A stretch of DNA of 63,613 nt, the filler included, from an uncultured bacterium (GTDB taxonomy: Bacteria; CAYJOG01): the NCBI GenBank assembly GCA_964371695.1. It is 28 parts of 28 records of this genome, joined end to end, with 100 filler letters (N's around TTAATTAATTAA, not from the genome) between each part and the next. Parts side by side here need not be neighbours in the genome. Positions count along the whole stretch, not along the records: positions 30,108 to 32,298 come from CAYJOG010000553.1; positions 32,399 to 34,587 come from CAYJOG010000554.1; positions 34,688 to 36,871 come from CAYJOG010000555.1; positions 36,972 to 39,149 come from CAYJOG010000556.1; positions 39,250 to 41,426 come from CAYJOG010000557.1; positions 41,527 to 43,686 come from CAYJOG010000558.1; 22 more parts are not named here. One strand, 5' to 3'. This document shows, in pieces, positions 30,222 through 41,576 of the stretch. Each line of letters opens with the position of its first letter. Positions within the stretch are counted from its first letter, which is position 1. Made by a program: the position numbers and the translations under genes. The notes beneath the pieces were generated by a model. It saw nothing but the letters and a program-made list of their open reading frames with translations. It did no database searches and was not told the DNA's origin.

Positions 30222-31139
30222 CGCCTTTTGGTGGTGTGCCGCCACAAGCGTCACCGCCGGCGTGAACAGAAACGGCGAGGCCGGGTCATGCTGGTGAAAA
30301 CGTTTGAGGGCCAGGGGGCGCGAGCGCACGGCGTAGCAATAAACGCAGCCGTGGGGGCAGGTGTCGTAATCGCCGATGTCCCGCGAAGCCCAGCAACCAC
30401 ACTGGGGCCGGTGGCCTTTGTTGCCCGCGGGCACCGGCTCGCCCGCCAGCCGGGTGAGGCGGGCGGCGTCTATGCAGGCGGCGTCGTTCACGCCTTCCAC
30501 CAACCATTGGCGCTGGGCGCACAGGCTCAGGGCAAGGCCCGCCTGGGCCGCCATGTCCCGCAGTTCGCCGAGCATGGCTTTTTTGGTTTCGTCTGGCGGG
30601 TCGGTCCAGTCCAGCCCCAAGCCCTGGGGTGTTTCCCGCCGGGCCAGGTTGCGCTGGGTCTTTTGATAAAAGTGGGTGAAGCTCACCACCACTTCGTCCA
30701 CCACGCCCGTCAGTTCCCGCGACAGGGTGCGGAAGTTTTTGAGGTGGAAAGCCCAGGGCGTGAGCGGCGTGATGAGAATGGGGTCATAACGCCACACGCC
30801 CACGCCGGGGCCGAATTGTTCCCGCAGTGAAACCAGGTCTGCAATGGCCCGCCGGGGGGGCGTGACGGCGGTTTCGATGGCGCGGGGATAACCCGTGATC
30901 GTCATCTGCACCACAAAAGGTTTGTGCTGTTGCTGCACATCCAACAGCGCCGGAAAAAACGGCCGCAGGTGGCGCGTCCAGAACACATAACCCGACACGG
31001 CGGCGGGGGAAAGATCCACTGTGAGGGTTTTGCCGTTGTAGGGGTTGGTGGTGTGGCAGAAACCGGCCTTGAGACGGTTGCGGAACCACGGGCCATAAAA
31101 CGCCGGAATGTCGGTACGGTAACTGGCGCTGATGATCAC
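30219..31139 (-). CDS. DUF1848 domain protein
   Basis: MIISASYRTDIPAFY, WRYDPI, CGCWASRDIGDYDTCPHGCVYCYA. Confidence 0.92.
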   Translation of the reverse strand: MIISASYRTDIPAFYGPWFRNRLKAGFCHTTNPYNGKTLTVDLSPAAVSGYVFWTRHLRPFFPALLDVQQQHKPFVVQMTITGYPRAIETAVTPPRRAIADLVSLREQFGPGVGVWRYDPILITPLTPWAFHLKNFRTLSRELTGVVDEVVVSFTHFYQKTQRNLARRETPQGLGLDWTDPPDETKKAMLGELRDMAAQAGLALSLCAQRQWLVEGVNDAACIDAARLTRLAGEPVPAGNKGHRPQCGCWASRDIGDYDTCPHGCVYCYAVRSRPLALKRFHQHDPASPFLFTPAVTLVAAHHQKA

Positions 31140-31142
31140 CTG

Positions 31143-32183
31143 CTAATCCTGCGCATCCTCCACCCGCAACACCAGCTTGCCCAGGGTGTGGCCGGTTTCG
31201 ATACGCCGGTGCGCTTCGGCGGCCTCAGCAAGAGGCAACACGCTGGTCAGGGCGGGAACGATCAGGCCCGACTCAAACCACGCCGCCGCACGGCACAGGG
31301 CTTGGCCCTGTTTTTCGGGGGCGGTCTCAAACAGGGCGCGGGTGAAGACAAACGTGAAACTCAGGGCCGCCCGTTTGGCCCGCAGGGGCGTCACGTTCAG
31401 GGCGGAAAGCTCCGGGCTGCCCGCCAGCAGGCCAATGTGCCCCAGGGGATTCAGCAGACCCGCCAGTTCGCCGAAGGTGTCGTTGGGGCCGTTGTTCAGC
31501 AGATAATCCACGCCATTCAGTCCCAGGGCCTTGAGTTGTGGGGCCAGGGGCTGGTGGTGATTCAGCACCCAGTCCGCGCCCAGTTTTTGGCAAAAATCCT
31601 GCGAGGCTGGCCGCGAGGCGGTGGCCGCCACCCGCAGGCCCAGCACTTTTTTGGCCAGGGGAATGGCCATGCTGCCCACGCCCCCCGCGCCGCCCACCAC
31701 CAGCAGCACAGGGGCGTCGTGGGCCGGGTGTGATGGCTGGGTGGCGGGCACGGGAATGTGCATGTTTTCCACCAAAGTTTCCCAGGCGGTGAGAAAGGGC
31801 AGGGGCACGCTGGCGGCTTCTTCAAACCCAAGGCTGGCCGGTTTTGGGGCGGTGAGGCGAGCATCGGTGAGGGTGTGGGTGGCGTAGGCCCCCTGATGGT
31901 TGATGCGCCCCAGAAACCACACGTCGTCGCCCACGGCAAAATCCGTTACACCTGCGCCCAGGGCCAGCACCACGCCCGCGCCGTCATAACCCGTGCTCAC
32001 TGGCCCCTGTTCCGGCCTGGGGGCCACGGGCACCTCGCCCCGGCGCACCTTGGTGTCGATGGGGTTCACACCGGCGGCCTTCACCAACACCAGCAGCTCT
32101 CCCGGCCCCGGTGTGGGGGTGGGAAGCGTCAGGGGGGCCAACACCTCTGGCCCGCCGTGTTGTGAAAAGGCCATGGTGTGCAT
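31143..32183 (-). CDS. zinc-binding alcohol dehydrogenase/quinone oxidoreductase family protein
   Basis: GVNPIDTK, LTAWE, GGAGGVGS, GHTLGKLVL; GGAGG RBS. Confidence 0.9.
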   Translation of the reverse strand: MHTMAFSQHGGPEVLAPLTLPTPTPGPGELLVLVKAAGVNPIDTKVRRGEVPVAPRPEQGPVSTGYDGAGVVLALGAGVTDFAVGDDVWFLGRINHQGAYATHTLTDARLTAPKPASLGFEEAASVPLPFLTAWETLVENMHIPVPATQPSHPAHDAPVLLVVGGAGGVGSMAIPLAKKVLGLRVAATASRPASQDFCQKLGADWVLNHHQPLAPQLKALGLNGVDYLLNNGPNDTFGELAGLLNPLGHIGLLAGSPELSALNVTPLRAKRAALSFTFVFTRALFETAPEKQGQALCRAAAWFESGLIVPALTSVLPLAEAAEAHRRIETGHTLGKLVLRVEDAQD

Positions 32184-32398
32184 GGGGGTTCCTCCCGTTT
32201 TTTGATTTGAGTAGGCGCGGTGTCCGTTGCCGACAGGTTACCTGTAGCCCCGGCGTCCCGCCGGGAGAAAAAAAACCGCCGCAGGCGGCACAAAACAGNN
32301 NNNNNNNNNNNNNNNNNNNNNNNNNNNNNNNNNNNNNNNNNNTTAATTAATTAANNNNNNNNNNNNNNNNNNNNNNNNNNNNNNNNNNNNNNNNNNNN

Positions 32399-33955
32399 GC
32401 CCCGGAATCCGCCCCGTCGCCCCCGGACTGGAACGCCGAACCCCACTGGGAAGGTACACCCGCCCCTTCGGCCAAAAGGCAGCGCACCCGAACCGGGCGC
32501 AAATCCGCCACCCCACCCCGCGCTGCCAGCAAAAAGAAAACCCGCCAGCAAACCCAAACCCCGCCCGCCGGGGAAAAGGTGCTGGTGCCCTATGGCGAAA
32601 AAAGCACCTCGGCCAAAGGCAAACAGCCCCCCACGCTGCCCCTGCCGGGGGCGGCCAGCGGCTCAACGCCCGCCGCCGCAGTGTCGCCCAGCGCCGAATC
32701 AAAACCTCCGATTTGGGACTCCCTGTTGGCCCCCGACAAAAAACTGATGATGGTGGGTCTGGCTTTTGCCCTGGTGCTGCTGCTGGTGCTGCTGGATCAA
32801 CACAAAAAAACGAAACAGGTCAAAAAAGAAAAAGCCGCCCCCGCGCCTTTTCCGGCTTCTCCCCAGGCCGCCGGGGCCACGCCCGCCCCAGAATCCGAAA
32901 CCAGTCTGAACTGCCCGGTGTGCGGCGCAGACAATCTGGCCACGGCGCTGTTCTGCGAACAATGCGGGGCCAAGCTCAAAGCCAGCGATCCCACGCCCCA
33001 CCTGACGCACCTGCCCGACACTCCAGCCGCCCCGGCCCCATCCGAGGAACCGAAAGGTTTTTGCCCGGTGTGCGGCGCGGCCAACCAGAGCGGCTCGGCT
33101 TTTTGCGAAGAGTGCGGGGCCTCGCTGGAAACCTTTGAAACCGACCTGCCGGAAACACCCACGCCCTCTTTTGAGGCCGAAGAACCCGCGCCGCCGCCGT
33201 TTGTCGAATCCGCGTCCGCCACCGAGCCTGAGGCTCCGCCGCTGGTGGAAGAAACCGAAGAAGAAACCACACCCCCACCGCCCCTCACCGAGCAGAACGA
33301 CCCGTTCCACGGCATGTCCCAGGCCCCGCTGCCCGACGCCTCGGTGTTTCTGGGCGAAGACGACCCCACGGGTCTGGGCCTGAGCGCGCCCACCGCAGGC
33401 GCTGCCGAACCCCAGGCGGGGGACGTGGACTTTGACCGTTTTCAGGGAGAAGTGGCCACGCTGTTTGAAGATTCCTCCGACAGCGATACCCCCGAGGCCC
33501 CGGCCAATCCCGACGCCCCCACGGGCGACATCGCCGCGCTTTTGCCCGAACAGGACACCCTGCCCCACGAAGAAGAAATCACGCTGAACGTAGACGACCT
33601 GCCGGTGCAGCCACCCCCCAGTTATCTGGCCGAAATGGGCGACCCCTATCGTGTGCAGGAGCAGATGCAGGCCGCCGCCGACGCCCAGACCATGACCGAA
33701 AACCTGGCGCTTTCACAAGACTGGTCTGCCCAGGAGGAACCCCTGGCCGCGCCAGAAGAAGCACCCCTGGCGGACTGGCCCGCAGAGGAAACCGCCCAGG
33801 CGAACTGGCCCACCGAAGAAACCGGCGAGAGCGCCCCGCCCCTGGCCGAAACCGGCGGCGAACAGGCCGGTGAACAGGTGCCCTGCCCGCTGTGCGGCGA
33901 AAGCAACCCCGCGGGATCAGATCACTGCTTCAACTGCGGCGCGAGCATGGTGTAG
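32399..33955 (+). CDS. membrane-anchored acidic/Pro-rich protein with three zinc ribbons (5' partial)
   Basis: one TM helix; three CPxCGxxN..(F/H)CxxCG motifs. Confidence 0.8.
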   Translation, partial: APESAPSPPDWNAEPHWEGTPAPSAKRQRTRTGRKSATPPRAASKKKTRQQTQTPPAGEKVLVPYGEKSTSAKGKQPPTLPLPGAASGSTPAAAVSPSAESKPPIWDSLLAPDKKLMMVGLAFALVLLLVLLDQHKKTKQVKKEKAAPAPFPASPQAAGATPAPESETSLNCPVCGADNLATALFCEQCGAKLKASDPTPHLTHLPDTPAAPAPSEEPKGFCPVCGAANQSGSAFCEECGASLETFETDLPETPTPSFEAEEPAPPPFVESASATEPEAPPLVEETEEETTPPPPLTEQNDPFHGMSQAPLPDASVFLGEDDPTGLGLSAPTAGAAEPQAGDVDFDRFQGEVATLFEDSSDSDTPEAPANPDAPTGDIAALLPEQDTLPHEEEITLNVDDLPVQPPPSYLAEMGDPYRVQEQMQAAADAQTMTENLALSQDWSAQEEPLAAPEEAPLADWPAEETAQANWPTEETGESAPPLAETGGEQAGEQVPCPLCGESNPAGSDHCFNCGASMV

Positions 33956-34068
33956 CAACGGCGAGGCCACCTTTTTCCCTCTCCCGTCCGAAGGATGGGA
34001 GAGGGAACAACTTCGGCGCACATCAATTTCTTCAAAATGAATGATATTCCTCGGCGCCGCCTTGCGCC

Positions 34069-34587
34069 TCACAACTCCTGCAACGCCGGGGCGTTTTGCA
34101 GATAATCCCCCGCCCACAGCAGGGCCGGGTGGCCCTCCAGTTCCTCCAGATATCCCCCCAGGGGCAGCAGTGGGCTGAGCAGGGCCGCCACGGCGTCTTC
34201 CGCCACCGTGGGAGTGTCGCTTTTGAGCAGACCCGCAGACACCATGTCCTGAACACGGTTCAGCGACGGCAGGATTTTTTTGCGGGCCGTGGGCAGGTCG
34301 TCGCCAATGTTGTAAAGCGCCAGCATGGCCCGCGCCATCACCGGGGCCAACACGGGGGCCAGGGGGTCCAGCCACGAAATGCCCGTGGGTTTGTCGGCGC
34401 TGGCGGCCAGGCTGGGGCGCTCCTTGATCATGTTCAGACCAACAGCCCGCACCTGCAACCCCAGCACCTCGTCGGCCCAGTCTTCAATCAGCCACACCTC
34501 GGCAGCGCGGCGTTTGTTTTTGGGCGCGAGAGGCGGGTCGGGATAGGTTGCTTCGAGATAGACCAGGATTTCGGTGCTGTCGTGAAT
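34069..34587 (-). CDS. glutathione S-transferase family protein (5' partial)
   Basis: IHDSTEILVYLEATYPDPPL....WLIEDWADE. Confidence 0.75.
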   Translation of the reverse strand: MHDSTEILVYLEATYPDPPLAPKNKRRAAEVWLIEDWADEVLGLQVRAVGLNMIKERPSLAASADKPTGISWLDPLAPVLAPVMARAMLALYNIGDDLPTARKKILPSLNRVQDMVSAGLLKSDTPTVAEDAVAALLSPLLPLGGYLEELEGHPALLWAGDYLQNAPALQEL

Positions 34588-34687
34588 NNNNNNNNNNNNN
34601 NNNNNNNNNNNNNNNNNNNNNNNNNNNNNNNTTAATTAATTAANNNNNNNNNNNNNNNNNNNNNNNNNNNNNNNNNNNNNNNNNNNN

Positions 34688-36833
34688 CAGGCTTTTTGGC
34701 GTGCGGGATGACCTGTCTCTGGCGGCGGCGGCGGCGTTCATGCTCAGCCCGCTGCTCACGGGGCGTCTGGTGCTGGACACGCACCTGGGTCTGGTGGCCG
34801 CCGCCTGGATGCCCCACGTGTTTGTGTCGGCCCACCGCTGGGTGAGTGAAAAACAGCTCCGGTTTGTGTTCGGTCTGGCGGCAGCGCTCTCGCTGATGCT
34901 GCTGGGGGGCCACCCACCCAACGCCGTGATGTTCGGTTTTGCGGCGGTGGCCTATGGCTTGGTGCTGGCGTGGCTGAGCGGTGCATTTTCGCTTAAAACT
35001 TTGGGTGGTTTTGCGCTGGCGGGGCTGATGACCCTGGGGCTGTGCGTCGCGCCTTTGCTGGACCTCAAAACCCTGGCCGCCGAAGGCCCCCGCGCCCTGC
35101 GCATGGGCCTGGACCCCGCCAGTCAGGGCCTGCCGGTGGAGGCGCTGCTCACGCTGGTGCTGCCGGGTGTGTGGGGGCGGGATTATCAGGGAGTGGGTTA
35201 TCTGGGGCGGTTTTTCGGCAGCCTCAACACGCTCTATATCGGTGTGTTGTGGCCGGTGGCGGCCCTGCTGCGGCCCGCTTGCAGGCAGCGCCCCGCCGAG
35301 TTGGCCCTGCTGCTCACGGCGCTGGGTTGCGGCCTGATGGCCGTGGGTCTGCCCAGTCCGCTGATTGTGCTGATGCAAAAGGCTGGGTTTCCCCTCTCCA
35401 CGCTGCGTCTGCCGGTGCGCTGGATGTTCCCGGTGATGCTGGCGCTGCTCACCTTTGGCGCGCTGGCGGTGCAGCAGGTGTGGAACAGGCCGGTGACCCT
35501 GCCGCGCTGGTTGGGGCGCAGCGTGGCGCTGGTGTTTGCCGTGGGGTTGCTGGTAGCGGGTTTTCTGCTGGCAGCGCCCCAGGCGGTGTTGAAAACCGCC
35601 CTGGACTGGGCCATGACCGACCCGGCCCGTTTCGCCGCGCTGGACGCAGCCCCCCTGGCCGCATGGCGACAAACGGGCCTGTGGCTGATGGGCGAGACGC
35701 TGCTGTTCGCCGCCCTCACGGCGCTGGTGCTGCTGTGTCTGAAACGCGGTAAAACTGCCGTGGCGCTGGGGCTGAGTCTGCTGCTCAGCGGTGTGGCGGC
35801 AGCGCCGGATCTGGCCCTCAGTTTCCGCCCCCGCGAGGCTCCCCTGCCCGTGCCGAAACAGGTGAAAACCACCGACCGTATTCTGCCGCTGGTGTCGCGG
35901 TTCAACTCCCCCCACGACACGGCCATGGGGGCGCTGGACTGGTTCACGCTGGACACCCTCGGTCAGTTGCTGATGCAGCGTTACACCGTGGCCCCTATCC
36001 ACGGCGGTGTGCCTCACGTGGGCTGGCAAAGCCTGTTGCTGGGCACGCACCAGCGGGTGAACGACACCACCTGGGACGTGAAAAAACCCTGGCTGGATTT
36101 TTTGATGGTGCGCTGGGTGCTCACCCGCGACACGCCCCATCCGTTTTGCAGCCGCCCCCACGCACCCCGTTACCGGGCGCAGACGGCCATGAACATGCCG
36201 CCGCCCCGTGGCCTCACGCGGGCCTTTTTGTGCGTGGACAAATCCGCCATCGAGGCGGCGGGTTTTGAAGAAACACCCACACCCGACGAGCGCGGGGGAT
36301 ACCGCTGGTGGCGCAACACAACGCCCGGTGTGGGCGCGTTGTGGGTGGGCCGCTTCAGGCCCAGTGCGGACCCTCTTTCGGACGCACTGAAAGACCCGGC
36401 GGGCTGGCTTGCGCACCCCACGGCCACACCGCAGGACGTAAAGGCGCTGAAACGGTTTTTTGTGAAGGGCGAAGCCGAGGCCACCGAGGCCAGCCTCCGC
36501 CTGCATTTCAGGTCGGCGGACAAGGCAACGCCTGCTGTTTCTTTTTCCCGTTCAACCGCGCCGGGTTTTCTGGTTTTGCCGTTGCCCTATTGGCGTCAGT
36601 GGCGGGTGAGCACACAGGGCGAAAAAGGTTTGACGCCGCTGAAAACCTTTCGTGCGGCTGGTGGGCTTCTGGGTGTGGTGGTTCCCAAAAACCTCGGCAG
36701 AATCAAACTGGATTTTCACTATGGCGGCGCGCACCGGACTTGGGGGATGGTGGTGATCTGGCTGGTTTTTTTGGGTCTTTGGTGCATCGCGGTGATTTAT
36801 CGGGACAAAAGAAAACCTGCCCCATTTTTGTAG
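34688..36833 (+). CDS. YfhO-like polytopic membrane protein, GT-C-type (5' partial)
   Basis: many TM helices, LGGHP, LYIG, LRLPVRW, C-terminal PYWRQW soluble domain. Confidence 0.65.
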
Positions 36834-36971
36834 TGGGGCGGGCGTCCCCGCCCGCCACTCAAATAAAAAGGNNNNNNNNNNNNNNNNNNNNNNNNNNNNN
36901 NNNNNNNNNNNNNNNTTAATTAATTAANNNNNNNNNNNNNNNNNNNNNNNNNNNNNNNNNNNNNNNNNNNN

Positions 36972-38799
36972 CCCGGAGGTGGACCGCCGTTATCAGGCCG
37001 CCACGGCGCTGATTCACGGCGAGGGGGGATATCCCCTTTCGGCTTTTCTCACCCCCCAGGGCGAGGTGTTTTTCGCCGCCACTTTTTTGCACGCCGAACA
37101 CCACCAGCCCACGCTGGAAGACGCCGCCAGCATCGAAACCCTGCTGGGACTCATCGAGGACTCATGGCGCACCAACGCACCGGGACTGATTGAAAAAGCC
37201 CGCCACATCACCGAACAACTGGACACAAGCCTGCACAAGACCCACGGCGACCCTTCGCTTTTCTGGCTTCAGCAGGCGCAGGATGGGCTTTCGATGAGTT
37301 TTGACCTGCGCCACGGCGGGTTTTTCAGCGCCCCCAAGTTTCCCCACACACCAGCGCTGGATTATCTGCTGGCCGAAGAAGAAAACTCCCCCGAAGACTG
37401 GCGCAACACCCTGCTGCGCCGCTCGCTGGAAACCCTCACCCAAAGCGCCCTGCGGGACAGGCTGAAGGGAGACTTTCACCGCTACGCCCCCGACGAGGCT
37501 TTTTCTGTCGCCCAGGGTGAAAAATGCCTTGCCGACAACGCCGCCATCCTGTCCACGCTGGCCAAAGCCAACCTGTGTGGCTGGCCCCTGCAACGACCGC
37601 TGAAAAACGCCGCAAACGCCCTGTGTCAAAGCTGGCGGCGAGATGACGGCCTGTTTGTCTCGGCTTTTTTGCCCGCCGAACACAACGCCCCCGGTCTGGC
37701 AACGGGTCAAACCCTGCCACAGATTCAGGCGGCGCTTTCTGCCGAAGAGTTCGCCCTGGCCCAGGACGCCTTTGGCCTGAGCGAAACCGGCCACCCTTTG
37801 CTGCCCCCCGGCCAGAACACACTGGCCCTGCGCCGCACGCTTCACGAACTGGCCACGGGCCACCAGACAAACGAAGACCAGATGCTGGGGCGGCTTGCTT
37901 CAATCGAGGAAACCCTCGCCGCCCGCCTGACCGCCGCCGAAACCGTGGCCCTGACCGACACGTTCTGCGCCCCCCAGGCCCAGGCGCTCACCGCCCTTTT
38001 GCTGGCTCACCGCGTGGACCCCCAACCCCTTTGGAAGGACACCGCCCTGGAGGCCCTGAATGGCCTCATCCGCCGTTTTTTCAGGGCCGGGCGGGGTTTT
38101 GTGCGAGCGGTGCGCCCCCTGCCCGGTGGACACGTGCGGGAACTGCCCGGCCTGCTGGAAGACCAGGCCGCCCTGCTGCTGGCTCTTTTGGCCGCCTTTG
38201 AAACCACGGGCCAGCGCGCCCACCTGAAAGTGGCGCTGGAAACCTGGGACTGGACGCTGGACCAGTTTCAGCACGAATCGGGTCTGTTTCAGGACACGGC
38301 ACGGGACGACACCACCGGCCCCGGCCTGCTGAGCCATCCGCACCTGCCCTGGCAGGACGCCCCCGGCCCCAGCGCCAACGCCCAACTGGCCCAGGGCCTG
38401 TGGCGGCTTTATGCCCTCACCGGCCAGCAGCGGCTGGCCGAAAAAACCGCGGGCATTCTGAGCACCTGCGGCGAACTCCTGACCCAACACGCCGTCTACA
38501 CCGGCGGCTTGGCCGAGGCCCTGTGGTCGTTCCTGTACCCACCCCTCACGCTGGTGCTGAGCGGCGACACCACCCAACCCACCTTTGGCGCATTACACCA
38601 GCAAGCCCTGTCGCTGCCCCAAAGCCGAGCCGTGGTGTTTCCCCTGTTGAATGAACAATGGCCCGACCCGCCGGGCTGGCTGAGGGCCGCTTCATTCGCC
38701 CCCACGGCCACCCCCACCCTCTGGGTCTTCAGGCATCAGCAACTGGTTACAAAACTCACCAGCGAGGATGCGCTCAAATCACTTTTGTCCAGTTGGTAG
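36972..38799 (+). CDS. diverged YyaL/DUF255-like thioredoxin plus (alpha/alpha)6 protein (5' partial)
   Basis: GGYPLSAFLTP, FD.RHGGF..APKFP, EKCLADNA, LEDQA, PSANA. Confidence 0.8.
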
Positions 38800-39249
38800 G
38801 ACAGGGATTCGGCACAGAAAAAACCAGAATCTTTCTCACGCCGTCATTCCCGCGAAAGCGGGGAGCCGGAGGCTGGAAGTCGGAAGTGGGAGGCTGAAGG
38901 CTGGAGGCTGCAAAATGACAAAACCATCGCCCCCTGCCGTCATTCCCGCGAAAGCGGGAATCCAGTTGAAACAAAAACACAAAAACCATTTTCTATTTTC
39001 TTTTTCTGTTCTCTTTCAGTGGGGCGGGCGTCCCGCCCGCCTTTTATTTGAACGCAGGCAAGACCACAGGCGGGGACGCCCATTGCTGTTAGGTTTATTG
39101 GTAGCCCCGGCGTCCCGCCGGGAGCAAATAAACGCCGAAGGCGTCACCANNNNNNNNNNNNNNNNNNNNNNNNNNNNNNNNNNNNNNNNNNNNTTAATTA
39201 ATTAANNNNNNNNNNNNNNNNNNNNNNNNNNNNNNNNNNNNNNNNNNNN

Positions 39250-41242
39250 GGATGAAAACAGGCCGGTGCTGGTGTCCATTGGTTACGCCACCTGCCACTG
39301 GTGCCACGTGATGGAGCGGGAAAGTTTTGAAGACGAAGAAACCGCCCGGTTTCTCAACGAAAATTTTGTGGCCATCAAGGTGGATCGCGAAGAACGCCCC
39401 GATGTGGACAAGGTGTATATGGACGCCCTGCACGCCATGGGAGAGCAGGGGGGCTGGCCGCTGAATGTTTTTCTCACGCCCCAGGGCGAGCCTTTTTATG
39501 GCGGCACCTATTGGCCGCCGCAGCCGCTTTATGGCCGGTCCAGTTTCGCCCAGGTGCTGGCGGGCGTGGTCCAGGCGTGGATGAACAAGGAAGGCGATCT
39601 GCGCCAGCAGGCGGCCAAGCTCACGGCGCATCTCTCAGCACGCCACGGCGAATCTCCCGGCTCTCAAAATCTGGCGCTGGACTTCGCCGCCGAAGAACAG
39701 GACGCAGACGCCCACCGGCAGCTTTTCGACCCTCATCACGGCGGTTTTCTGTTTCACCACAACAACAAGTTCCCCCCCAGCATGGGTCTTTTGAATCTGC
39801 TGCGGGTTCACAGCCGCACGGGCGAAAAAGACCTGCTGGACATGACCCGGCTCACCCTGCGCAAAATGCGCGAAGGGGGCATTTATGATCAGCTCGGCGG
39901 CGGCCTGTGCCGTTACAGCACCGATCACCACTGGCTGGCGCCGCACTTCGAGAAAATGCTCTATGACAACGCCCTGTTTGTGTGGGCGCTGGTGGGCGCG
40001 TGGCAGCGCACGGGCGAGGACTGCTGGCGTGATTGGGCGCTGGACACGCTGGGGTATCTCACCCGCGACATGACCCACCCGGAGGGCGGTTTTTACAGCG
40101 CCGAAGACGCCGACAGCGAGGGCGAAGAGGGCAAGTTTTATGTGTGGACAAAACGGGAGATGGAAAAGCTCATTGGTGGTGCGCCCCTGGCGGCGGAGCT
40201 GATGGATTTTTGGGGTGTCACCGAGGGCGGCAATTTTGAGCACGGCGCGAACATCCTGCACGTGGCCAGGCCCCTTGCGGATACCGCCCTGGCCGCCGGG
40301 CTTTCCCTCTCAGAAACCCGGCAGGCGCTGGACGTGGCCAAGGGGGTGTTGCTGGCGGCGCGCAACCTGCGGGTGCGCCCCCTGCGGGACGACAAGATTC
40401 TTACCAGTTGGAACGCCCTGGCCATCAGCGCTTTTGCTCGCGCCGGAGCCGCCTTTGACAACCCCGCGCTGGTGCGTCAGGCCAGCCGGGCCATGGTGTT
40501 TGTGCGGCAAAATCTTTTTTCGGTGGAGGGGCGTTTGTTGCGGCGCTGGCGTGATGCTCAGGCCCGTTATCCGGCTTATCTGGTGGACTACGCCCAACTG
40601 GCTGTGGCGGCGCTGGACCTGTATGAAGCCACCGGGGAGCTGCCGCACTTTGAGTTTGCCCGCCACCTGGCCGATGAAATCGAACGGTTGTTTCGCAACG
40701 AAGAGGGGGGCTATTTCGACACTGGTCACGACGCCGAGCGCCTGCTGGTGCGCACGCAAGAGGCTTATGACGGTGTGGAGCCAAGCGGCAACAGCGCCTG
40801 CGCCGGTTTGTTCACCCGGCTGTTTCACCTGGGAGCGGGGGAGGTGTATCACCAGCGGGCGCTGCACGTGCTGGGGCGGTTTGAGCCAGAGTGGCGCAGG
40901 CGGCCCATCAGTCACCCGGCCATGCTGGAGGCCGTACACCGCTTGTCCCGCGGGCCGCTGGAAATCGCCCTGGTGGGGCCGCCGGATCACCCGGAAATGC
41001 AGCAGGTCCTGCGGGGTTTGCGAGGGCGTTTTCTGCCCCATCTGGCCCTGGCTTTTTGCGAAGCGGAACAGGCCCCGGCCCACGCTGCGGCGGGTGTGGG
41101 ACTGCTGGCAAACCGGGGCAGCGAAGGCGAAGAACCGGTGTTTTACCTTTGCCGGAACATGACCTGTCAAAACCCCGTGCGCACCGCCCAGGAACTGCTG
41201 GCGCTGGTGGACGAGGGGATTATTAGAGCATTTTCGAAGTAG
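39250..41242 (+). CDS. YyaL/DUF255 (SPATA20-like) thioredoxin domain protein (5' partial)
   Basis: SIGYATCHWCHVMERESFED, GGWPLNVFLTP, PHFEKMLYDNA. Confidence 0.95.
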
Positions 41243-41426
41243 ATGTAGACAGCATACGGGCTTTTTCTTTGCCCTCTCCCAGAGGGAGAGGGCAGCCGAA
41301 GGTTGAGCGAAGCGAAACCGGAGGCGGGTGAGGGAGAAAGAGAGCTTTTGAAAAAAGCCTGATTCTTTCTGCCCAGCCTGTTCCCCCTCACCCGCCCGTG
41401 ACCTCACTTGCGTTCGGTCACGGTCT
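41224..41426 (+). mobile_element. TAGAGCA-ended MITE, left part, with paired CCCTCTCCC/CCCCTCACCC hairpin repeats
   Basis: starts TAGAGCATTTTCGAAGTAGATGTAGAC; supplies the last codons and stop of the YyaL gene. Confidence 0.72.
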
Positions 41427-41526
41427 NNNNNNNNNNNNNNNNNNNNNNNNNNNNNNNNNNNNNNNNNNNNTTAATTAATTAANNNNNNNNNNNNNNNNNN
41501 NNNNNNNNNNNNNNNNNNNNNNNNNN

Positions 41527-41564
41527 CCTTCTACCCTGGCGTACAAGTTTTCAATTTTCAGCAT
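41527..41564 (-). CDS. sufC: Fe-S assembly ATPase SufC, N-terminal fragment
   Basis: AAGGAG RBS then MLKIENLYARVEG directly after sufB. Confidence 0.75.
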
Positions 41565-41576
41565 TGTTTCTCCTTG

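Noticed and set aside
34632-36506. Long antisense ORFs (this one and many others in the ORF track)
   Set aside because: Shadow frames of GC-rich genes on the opposite strand, with no recognisable motifs.
38768-39149. Short ORFs containing VIPAKAGIQ, WIPAFAGMT or PSPQPSP peptides
   Set aside because: Translations of REP palindromes rather than real proteins.
36972-41242. Tandem duplication of YyaL genes
   Set aside because: The two genes are on different contigs; adjacency comes from size-sorted concatenation.
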